Made by a program: the position numbers and the translations under genes. From contig ONSL01000001.1 of the NCBI GenBank assembly GCA_900320505.1, forward strand, positions 1 to 57,726: DNA of 57,726 nucleotides, written 5' to 3'. Each line of letters starts with the position of its first letter. Positions within the stretch are counted from its first letter, which is position 1. The stretch comes from an uncultured Eubacteriales bacterium. Lineage in GTDB: Bacteria > Bacillota_I > Bacilli_A > RF39 > UBA660. The notes beneath the pieces were generated by a model that was not told the DNA's origin, made no database searches, and saw only the letters and a program-made list of their open reading frames with translations. Positions 7,972 through 15,457 of this stretch are shown one piece after another.

Positions 7972-8907
7972 TTATTTTATATTAAGAATAAATAATTCTA
8001 GTGGATTTTCACTAATATTTGTACCATTTTTAATACTTAAATCAAGATTATAAAAACTATTTATTAATTCGTTTATATCTTTTTCACTAACATATGCAAG
8101 TACTTTTGACATAACATATATTCTTTTTTCACTAATTGGAGGATCTGATATACTTCTATTTTCGCTTATTTCTTTATCAGAATATCCTAAATCTTTCATC
8201 TTTGAAATTATTTTTAACACCCTAAGTTCAGACTCTATAAGACCAGTTAATGCTGCATCATCTACATTATATTTTTTAAATTCTTCATATGTTTTTATTG
8301 CATTATATTTATCTTTCTTTGCAATAGATGAAGTAAGAGAAAAAGCAAGAGGCGTATAATCATCCATTCTTTTATAACAGACTGCTTTTATATCATTTTC
8401 GTCTATTGTGCTCCCCTTTTCTTTGTATTCATAGAGTTTATTACATTCTGCTGTAATACTATCTATATCATTATTTGTATAGTCTAAAATCATATTTTTA
8501 GTAAGCATTGATACATTATAATCTTTTAGTTTTTCATTTAAATAACCCATAGGATCATTATTTAATTCAATATACTTTGAGTGTTTCTTAATTTCTTTTA
8601 TAGTTTTTCTTACATTGTTTAACTTATCATCTGTAAGTATTAATGTATAGTCCTTATTAGGATTTTCTAAATATTTTATAAGCAACTTATAATCTTTATC
8701 AGTATCACTTATATTCATTATTTGTCTTACTATAATTAATTTTTTTACACTAAATAAAGAATATGTATTTAAGTCTTCAAGTACTTCAGATAATGTATTT
8801 TCTTCTAAATCATAATTTGATATTTCTTCACTACTAAAGTCTTTTTTAATGCCATTTATGTATTTTTCTAAAAGAGCGAATGATTGATATTTAATCAGAT
8901 AATTCAT
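7972..8907 (-). CDS. holA: DNA polymerase III delta subunit (HolA-like)
   Basis: 311 aa. The overall pattern and length resemble Firmicute YqeN/HolA (LFSVKKLIIV..., C-terminal helical domain). The start overlaps the alaS stop by 17 nt. Confidence 0.6.
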   Translation of the reverse strand: MNYLIKYQSFALLEKYINGIKKDFSSEEISNYDLEENTLSEVLEDLNTYSLFSVKKLIIVRQIMNISDTDKDYKLLIKYLENPNKDYTLILTDDKLNNVRKTIKEIKKHSKYIELNNDPMGYLNEKLKDYNVSMLTKNMILDYTNNDIDSITAECNKLYEYKEKGSTIDENDIKAVCYKRMDDYTPLAFSLTSSIAKKDKYNAIKTYEEFKKYNVDDAALTGLIESELRVLKIISKMKDLGYSDKEISENRSISDPPISEKRIYVMSKVLAYVSEKDINELINSFYNLDLSIKNGTNISENPLELFILNIK

Positions 8908-11581
8908 TTATTTCACTTTCTACCATTTCAACTATATCATCAATCTTTGACATATCTTTAGCACCACCTGATGCAAATGTTGCAGATCCACCTCCGCCTG
9001 CTCCTAGATATGTACTCATTTTCTTTATTAATAATCCTGCATTTATTTTACCATTTGTTCTTAAAATTAAGGATGCACCTTTATCATTTTTATTAATAAA
9101 TAATCCAAGTACAAGATTATAATCATTAATTAGTGTATCTAGGACAACTTTAATCAACTCTTTATCTTCGTCATTAGACTCTTTAATTAGATATTTCTTA
9201 CCATTTATTTCTTTTATATAATCTTTATAACTATCAATATTACCAAGTACTTTTTCTTCTCTTAACTTGAAGAATTTCTTGTCAAGTACAGATACCTCAT
9301 CTTCTACATATTTTAATTCATTTTGATTAAATACTATGTCTTTATATCCAGTAGGTTTACTATTGTCTATATCAACATCAAAATCTAAATGTAATCCTAA
9401 TTCTTCTGCTTCTCCTAAAACCTCTTTTGCATGCATTAATAGTTTAACCATCTCATCATTATATGGTTTTATAACCTCATATAGGCTTCTCTTAATATAA
9501 TCATTTGTTACTGCTTCTATTCTATACGTATTAGCTCCTTTTGACTCACATGATGTAATTGCAATGCTTTTAATTTCTTTACTACTAGAAACATGTGTAC
9601 CACCACATAGTTCCATACTTTTGCCTATTTTTACAACACGTACAATGTCACCATATTTTTCTGTAAATAATGCCATCGCACCTAATTCTTTAGCTTTATC
9701 TATTGGCATTACTTCAGTACTAACAATAAAGCCTTTCTTTATGAATTTATTACATTCATCTTCTACTTTTATGATATCATCATCAGATAAAATTCCACTA
9801 TATGTAAAATCAAGTCTTAATCTTTCTGGAGCAACATAGCTTCCTGCCTGTCTTATATCCTTATCGATATATGTTCTTAAAATATAGTGAAGAATATGTG
9901 TTGCACTATGATTTACTTCAATCATCTTTCTTCTTTCTTTATCACATACTGATTCAACCTGATCTCCTAATTTCATCACACCATCAAGTATTTTAACATG
10001 ATGCATGTTTTGTCCATTAGGACCTTTAAATACACTTAATACACGAGCTTTAAAGTTATCACCTATAATCATACCAGTATCGCTTACTTGGCCACCAGAT
10101 TCAGCATAAAGACATGTTTTAGAAAGAGATACTATGCCTTCTTTAGAAAGTACTTTTACACTTGCATCCTTTGTAAATAATCCATTAATTTTACCTTTAA
10201 CTCTATATATTCCATAACAGAATGTACTTTTCTCTTTAAAGTCTACAAGTATTTGTTTACCGCTTGCCATTGCACTTTTATTTTTAGAACTTTTTCTTGC
10301 AAGATCCTTTTGCATTTCCATATATTTATCAAATTCTTCTTTTGAGGTAGTAAATCCATTTTCTTTTAATATTTCAAGAGTAAGTTCAAATGGAAATCCA
10401 TATGTATCATAAAGTTTAAATGCATCTTCACCAGATATTGTTTTATCACTTGAATTTTTCATTAAGTTTTCAAGTATTCTTTCCCCATCATTTAATGTTA
10501 ATCTAAACTGTTTTTCCTCTATTAATATTTTACTCTTTATGTATGCAGCTTTATTAACTAGATATGGATATGCTTCTTTCATAACATCTGTTACTGTATC
10601 AACTAGTTTATACATAAAGTTCTCTTCAATACCAATCTTTTTGCCAGCTCTTACACTTCTTCTTAAAAGACGTCTTAATACATAACCTCTTTTTGTATTT
10701 GAGAAATTTTCTCCATCAGCAAGTGCAAATGTTAAAGCTCTTATATGATCTGCAATAATCTTAAATTCTGCTTCTCCATTATATTTTTTACCTGATATTT
10801 GTTCAATGCTATTCATAATTGGTGTAAATAAATCAGTTTCAAATGTTGAATCAGCTTCTTGCATAATCATACACCAGCGTTCAAGACCAGCTCCTGTGTC
10901 AATATTTTTATGAGGAAGTTCCTTATATTCAGATCTTTTCTTACCAGGCTCTGAATTAAATTGTGAGAAGACATTATTCCATATTTCTATGTAGCGCTCT
11001 TGATCTTCATCTTTTTTAAACTTTTCAAGAGCAGTTTCATCTCCATACTCTTCTCCTCTATCGTAGAATATTTCTGAATCTGGTCCACATGGTCCTTCCC
11101 CTATTTCCCAGAAGTTTCCATCAAGTTTTACTATATGATCAGGTATAAATCCAACTTCAATCCATTTATTTAGACTTGCTTCATCATCTGTATATATTGT
11201 TACATATAGTTTTTCTTTTGGTATTGCAAAATACTTTTCTGATGTTAAAAGTTCAAAGCTCATCTCAATTGCTTCATCTCTAAAATAATCTCCAATAGAA
11301 AAATTGCCCATCATCTCAAAGAATGTTTGATGACGTTTTGTAATACCTACGTTTTCTATATCATTAGTTCTTATACATTTTTGTATATTAGTAAGGCGTT
11401 TAGAAGGAGGAAGCTCTCTTCCATCAAAGTATTTCTTTAGTGGTGTTACTCCTGCATTTATCCATAAAAGACTATCATCATTAACTGGTATCAATGATGC
11501 AGACTCAATTACTGTATGTCCATGCTCTTTGAAGTAATTTAGCCACATATTTCTTATTTCCATATGTGTCATGTATTTCAT
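8891..11581 (-). CDS. alaS: alanine--tRNA ligase
   Basis: 896 aa. Class II motifs FFEMMGNFSIGDYF, editing-domain HSATHIL and CGGTH, and a C-terminal Gly-rich DHHA1 region. Confidence 0.97.
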   Translation of the reverse strand: MKYMTHMEIRNMWLNYFKEHGHTVIESASLIPVNDDSLLWINAGVTPLKKYFDGRELPPSKRLTNIQKCIRTNDIENVGITKRHQTFFEMMGNFSIGDYFRDEAIEMSFELLTSEKYFAIPKEKLYVTIYTDDEASLNKWIEVGFIPDHIVKLDGNFWEIGEGPCGPDSEIFYDRGEEYGDETALEKFKKDEDQERYIEIWNNVFSQFNSEPGKKRSEYKELPHKNIDTGAGLERWCMIMQEADSTFETDLFTPIMNSIEQISGKKYNGEAEFKIIADHIRALTFALADGENFSNTKRGYVLRRLLRRSVRAGKKIGIEENFMYKLVDTVTDVMKEAYPYLVNKAAYIKSKILIEEKQFRLTLNDGERILENLMKNSSDKTISGEDAFKLYDTYGFPFELTLEILKENGFTTSKEEFDKYMEMQKDLARKSSKNKSAMASGKQILVDFKEKSTFCYGIYRVKGKINGLFTKDASVKVLSKEGIVSLSKTCLYAESGGQVSDTGMIIGDNFKARVLSVFKGPNGQNMHHVKILDGVMKLGDQVESVCDKERRKMIEVNHSATHILHYILRTYIDKDIRQAGSYVAPERLRLDFTYSGILSDDDIIKVEDECNKFIKKGFIVSTEVMPIDKAKELGAMALFTEKYGDIVRVVKIGKSMELCGGTHVSSSKEIKSIAITSCESKGANTYRIEAVTNDYIKRSLYEVIKPYNDEMVKLLMHAKEVLGEAEELGLHLDFDVDIDNSKPTGYKDIVFNQNELKYVEDEVSVLDKKFFKLREEKVLGNIDSYKDYIKEINGKKYLIKESNDEDKELIKVVLDTLINDYNLVLGLFINKNDKGASLILRTNGKINAGLLIKKMSTYLGAGGGGSATFASGGAKDMSKIDDIVEMVESEINELSD

Positions 11582-11583
11582 TT

Positions 11584-12114
11584 TTATTTACCCTCCTTTG
11601 CAATATTTTCCGCTGCTTTTTCAAGTGATTCAAGTGTTGTATTATGAACATAAACGTCAAAATCACTATAGTTATCAAGTGCAGTTTCTGTTATATGACT
11701 TTTTTCAGTATCAGTAAGTTCTGATTCAAATCCATCTCTTATTACTTTTATTACCTTTGTATCAGGGTATTTAAATTTAATACTTTTTATTTCAATTGGT
11801 AAACGACAATCTGGAATTATAAATGTATCATAAAATCTTGATATTATTTCCATATCTTCTAGTGTTCTATTTATAAAGAACATATCCTTATGCATTTCAT
11901 TTCTTATAATGTCAGTGCCTAATTTTTGCAATAATTCTCTTGGCTTTGTTTCATCATTCCCATCCCATCCAAAATAATGATAAACCATATCTTTTAATGA
12001 ATTAACTAGATGAACTGTACAAACTTTCTTGCCACGAGACTCAAGCTCTTTCTTTAAATATCCAGCAAGTGTATCCTTGCCACTTCTTGCCTTACCACAT
12101 ATTAAATATACCAT
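11584..12114 (-). CDS. P-loop kinase resembling phage T4 gp1 deoxynucleoside monophosphate kinase
   Basis: The motifs GKARSGKDT, RELLQKLGTDIIRNE, FIIPDCRLPIE and SHITETALD match the order and spacing of T4 gp1 motifs (GVKRSGKDT, RRLMQALGTDLIVNN, YIVPDTRQDHE, THITEAGLP) as I recall them. Confidence 0.65.
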   Translation of the reverse strand: MVYLICGKARSGKDTLAGYLKKELESRGKKVCTVHLVNSLKDMVYHYFGWDGNDETKPRELLQKLGTDIIRNEMHKDMFFINRTLEDMEIISRFYDTFIIPDCRLPIEIKSIKFKYPDTKVIKVIRDGFESELTDTEKSHITETALDNYSDFDVYVHNTTLESLEKAAENIAKEGK

Positions 12115-12135
12115 AATAACTTCCTCCTAATACAC

Positions 12136-12315
12136 AAAAAGACCTAATGCAAGGAGTGCATAACTGCACGGTACCATCCTTACTTGGTCTTAATTTTAAT
12201 TAAAGCTCCTAGAGTAGCTTCACAAGATTTCTTTAGTTATTTACACCGCACATAACCTCTCTTTAAAAGATTTTATCTTGCTACTTATCTCTAATCATCG
12301 CTTATACAACAAACA
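12136..12315 (-). promoter_or_regulatory. T-box riboswitch leader, alanine specifier (GCU)
   Basis: On the minus strand, stem I has AGUA/GAA S-turn elements and the specifier loop UGAA-GCU-A (codon at 12218..12216). An AGAGA bulge is present. The T-box sequence AAGGAUGGUACCGUG is nested in the terminator AGACCAAGUAAGGA...UCCUUGCAUUAGGUCU plus UUUUU. An AGGAGGA RBS and the ATG at 12114 follow. Confidence 0.85.
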
Positions 12316-12320
12316 AATCT

Positions 12321-12349
12321 ATCTTATCAAAATTATCTATAATTTTCAA
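12321..12349 (-). promoter_or_regulatory. putative promoter of the T-box leader
   Basis: On the minus strand: TTGAAA (12349..12344), 17-nt spacer, TAAGAT (12326..12321). Confidence 0.4.
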
Positions 12350-12491
12350 GTATATTTGAGTATAAATATAAAAATTAGAAATAAAACATTTCTAATTTCT
12401 ATTTATTATGATTAGTATATTATTTTGAATTATATGCTTTTCATTAGCTTCTTTAATATTATCCTTTATCTTACTAATATGCTCATTCTTA

Positions 12492-14312
12492 CTACCTAAA
12501 AATCTTATTTATTACTCTATCAAGTTCTACTTTTGCAATTGGTTTTGCAATATACTCATCAAATCCATCCTCAAGTACATATTTTTCTCTCATACCATCT
12601 ACTGCATTTGCAGTAAGCATTACAGTTGGTGTCTTAAATCCTGGATTTTTCTTAAGTTCCTTAAATGTTTCAACGCCAGACATTCCAGGCATCATATCAT
12701 CCATTAATATCATATCATAATGAGCGCCATTATTTATTAAATCTAAACATTCTTTTCCACTTGTAACTGATACGACTTCTACATTATATTTTTTTAAAAG
12801 ACGTTCTGCAACTTTTATGTTAAGAGTGTTATCATCAACTATTAATATTCTTTTACCACTAATATCTTTTTCTTCTATTTTTTCATCTTGCTTATCCTTT
12901 TCTATATTAACAAGTTCTTGATCTATTGCAACAGTGATTTTTAATCCTCTTTCATAAACATTTTGTGCCATTATCTCACCATTCATTAATTTAACTAATT
13001 TATATGTTGATGGAAGATCTGCTACAACTCCTTCTAGCATACTTTCTTTTGAAAGTTTTGACGATTTGCTAACAAAGATCTTATCAAGTCTATTCTGACT
13101 CATTGTTCCACCTGTATCTTCAACTGAAATAATTATTCTGCTACTATTTCCTTTATTAATTGTTGTTGCACTAAATTCAATATATCCAGCATCAGTTCGT
13201 TCTATACTATTTGCAATTATATTAAGTATTATTTGGCGAAATACCTTATAATCTCCCTTTAATGCTTTAGGAAGTTCTGTATCAAAGCTTGTTCTAAATT
13301 GAACCTTTTTATTTCCTATTACTTCTTTAGAAAAATCAGCAATTTCATCAAGCATTGCTTTTAAATCATAAGTTTTAGGATCTAATTTTATACTATTCTT
13401 ATCAAATTTAGATAAATCAAGTATTTTATTAACGACCTCTAACAAATTATTAGCAGATGCCTCAATATTTTCTACATCGCTTTTAGCACTACCATCTATA
13501 TTTTTTTCTTTTAAACTATCAGTAAATCCAATTATATTAGTAAGTGGGGTTCTAATTTCATGTGAAATATTATATAAAAATTTAGTTTTAGCACTATCAC
13601 TATCTTCTAGTTCTTTCTTCGTTTTATTTAAATCTTTTATCGTTTTTAAATCAGGATTTTCTATTGTAAAATACATTAGAAATACTATAAATGTTTCTAC
13701 TGGTGTTGTTAAAAATAAACTCTTATATTTATAACTTATAACAAATGCTATTGGAAGAAGAATTGTATAGCAAATTAATGGAACAAACTTTTCCTTTTTT
13801 ATATTTTTTCTTCCAAGTATCATAAATATTAAGCTTATAACTATAGTTATTGTACTCATACACATGCAAAGAAGTGATCCAGGTCCATATGAATATACAC
13901 TATTTGTACCATTACTTTCAAAATATATTGGCAATAATAAAAGTGCAAAAGCAAGTGCAAAATATGTCTTTAAAAATATACCTCTAACTTTTTTGTAAAT
14001 ATCATTCTTATCAAATCTATATGCTAACTTCTTACTAAATGATATTAAGAATGTATAATATAAAAATAGCATTGAAAATGTAAGAAGATATATAAGGTAT
14101 AATTTATTAATTATTGATACTGCTCCCCCATATATTCCTTTGTTTAATGTTATAACATAACTTATTAATGAAATTGCAAGTCCTATAAAGTTCGTTATTA
14201 ATAAATTTCCATAAGTTTTATTTTCATTATTATCTTCTTTATCCTTTGTAAAGTATACTATTAGCAAAAGTGCACTATAGAATATACTTATAATTATAAA
14301 AGCTGCTCCCAT
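12492..14312 (-). CDS. hybrid sensor histidine kinase (multi-TM sensor, HisKA, HATPase, C-terminal receiver)
   Basis: About 6 N-terminal hydrophobic helices. H-box NISHEIRTPLTNI and an ATPase domain are present. The receiver reads KRILIVDDN...DMILMDDMMPGMSG...AKP. Confidence 0.85.
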   Translation of the reverse strand: MGAAFIIISIFYSALLLIVYFTKDKEDNNENKTYGNLLITNFIGLAISLISYVITLNKGIYGGAVSIINKLYLIYLLTFSMLFLYYTFLISFSKKLAYRFDKNDIYKKVRGIFLKTYFALAFALLLLPIYFESNGTNSVYSYGPGSLLCMCMSTITIVISLIFMILGRKNIKKEKFVPLICYTILLPIAFVISYKYKSLFLTTPVETFIVFLMYFTIENPDLKTIKDLNKTKKELEDSDSAKTKFLYNISHEIRTPLTNIIGFTDSLKEKNIDGSAKSDVENIEASANNLLEVVNKILDLSKFDKNSIKLDPKTYDLKAMLDEIADFSKEVIGNKKVQFRTSFDTELPKALKGDYKVFRQIILNIIANSIERTDAGYIEFSATTINKGNSSRIIISVEDTGGTMSQNRLDKIFVSKSSKLSKESMLEGVVADLPSTYKLVKLMNGEIMAQNVYERGLKITVAIDQELVNIEKDKQDEKIEEKDISGKRILIVDDNTLNIKVAERLLKKYNVEVVSVTSGKECLDLINNGAHYDMILMDDMMPGMSGVETFKELKKNPGFKTPTVMLTANAVDGMREKYVLEDGFDEYIAKPIAKVELDRVINKIFR

Positions 14313-14370
14313 TATTATTCCTTCTTTCCTATCTTACATATTAATTATATAGTAATAAGAATTTTATTAC

Positions 14371-14399
14371 AAGAAAAAAAGCTGCTTTTTAAGCAACTT
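14371..14399 (-). terminator. intrinsic terminator of rpsU
   Basis: The minus-strand RNA forms AAGUUGC-loop-GCAGCUU (with one U-G pair) followed by a U-run. It starts right after the rpsU stop. Confidence 0.55.
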
Positions 14400-14603
14400 T
14401 TAATAATCTCTATCCCTATTCATCTTGTTTCTTTTTCTAGAATTCTTGATGCCTTCCTTCTTAGCCTTTCTTCTACGAACTCCAGGCTTATCATAGGCTT
14501 CTCTTTTCTTACATTCAGAAGGGACTCCGTCTCTTGCAACTTTCTGTTTGAATTTTCTTAAGGCCATATCTAGGTTACCATTCTTTACAGTTACTTGTGT
14601 CAT
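14400..14603 (-). CDS. rpsU: 30S ribosomal protein S21
   Basis: MTQVTVKNGNLDMALRKFKQKVARDG... A GGGAGGGA RBS precedes the ATG at 14603. The track ORF carries a spurious 22-aa N-terminal extension. Confidence 0.95.
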   Translation of the reverse strand: MTQVTVKNGNLDMALRKFKQKVARDGVPSECKKREAYDKPGVRRRKAKKEGIKNSRKRNKMNRDRDY

Positions 14604-14637
14604 TTCTTTATCCCTCCCTTCATTTACAACTATATGA

Positions 14638-14666
14638 ATTATAGCAAAAAAGAGATTAATTTTCAA
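14638..14666 (-). promoter_or_regulatory. putative rpsU promoter
   Basis: On the minus strand: TTGAAA (14666..14661), 17-nt spacer, TATAAT (14643..14638). Confidence 0.5.
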
Positions 14667-14769
14667 CAATATAATACATTTTTTTACAATTTTATACCTA
14701 TTTTTATACCTAAATTATAAATTATGACAAAAATTAAAGCATAAAAAGCACATTTTAATATTAATTTTA

Positions 14770-14934
14770 CTATTTGCATATGTCCCCATCATTTATTCTT
14801 CTTATAGATGAACCAACTCCTTCTCCAGCTTCAAATAGTACTTTTATTATACTTGTTATAGCATTTATCATACTACTTGTTATACTAGCAGATCCTCCAT
14901 CTATTTTTAAAAGTTCATTATTATTTATTTTCAT
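14770..14934 (-). CDS. double-glycine-leader peptide B (54-aa precursor, predicted 40-aa mature peptide)
   Basis: Hand translation gives MKINNNELLKIDGG|SASITSSMINAITSIIKVLFEAGEGVGSSIRRINDGDICK, ending in TAG at 14772..14770. The ATG overlaps the peptide A stop as TAATG. Not in the ORF track. Confidence 0.75.
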   Translation of the reverse strand: MKINNNELLKIDGGSASITSSMINAITSIIKVLFEAGEGVGSSIRRINDGDICK

Positions 14935-15074
14935 TAGTTACTGCATGGCTTTTCATGAGTATATCCAGTAATTATTCCAGATGCAAATATTATTATAGAT
15001 GTAACAATTAAGTATACCCATGTACCAATTTCACCTCCACTTATCTTTTCTAGTTCTTCTTTTTCTAGTTTCAT
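14934..15074 (-). CDS. double-glycine-leader peptide A (46-aa precursor, predicted 32-aa mature peptide)
   Basis: Hand translation gives MKLEKEELEKISGG|EIGTWVYLIVTSIIIFASGIITGYTHEKPCSN. An AAGGAG RBS is present. The ATG overlaps the stop of the 128-aa ORF as ATGA. Not in the ORF track. Confidence 0.8.
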   Translation of the reverse strand: MKLEKEELEKISGGEIGTWVYLIVTSIIIFASGIITGYTHEKPCSN

Positions 15075-15457
15075 TTTTTCTCCTTCCATGGTTTTATAAG
15101 CATACTATAAATGCTTTTCTTATCATTATATATGCTTATATTTAATTTAGTCTTCTTATTTACTTTTCTGCTTTTCATTATTATCAAACTTAAATTTTTG
15201 TATGAAACATTATCTTTTTCAAGTATTTCTATCTTTTCTCTCTTACTATTTAGATATATATAAGGATTTTTTTCCAAATACTTTAAATCCTTCTTTTTTA
15301 CATAAACTTCAAATGTATGACTAGATAAATAAATTCCCTTATAGTAGTTATATGTATAATATTTTTTAGAAAATATAAATATTATTAGAATGACAAATAA
15401 AATTAAATAAAAGACACTTATATATGTTATTAATATATTAGTTTTATAGTTTCTCAA
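15071..15457 (-). CDS. small single-pass membrane protein (minimal accessory or immunity candidate)
   Basis: 128 aa with one N-terminal TM helix (ILITYISVFYLILFVILIIFIF) and a Lys-rich beta-looking C-terminal part. It is translationally coupled to the ABC gene (14-nt overlap) and to peptide A. Confidence 0.6.
   Translation of the reverse strand: MRNYKTNILITYISVFYLILFVILIIFIFSKKYYTYNYYKGIYLSSHTFEVYVKKKDLKYLEKNPYIYLNSKREKIEILEKDNVSYKNLSLIIMKSRKVNKKTKLNISIYNDKKSIYSMLIKPWKEKK

Noticed and set aside
14774-14971. The 65-aa plus-strand ORF from the track
   Set aside because: It is the antisense shadow of the two GG-leader peptide genes. It has no RBS, and its hydrophobic low-complexity product is typical of reverse-strand reading.
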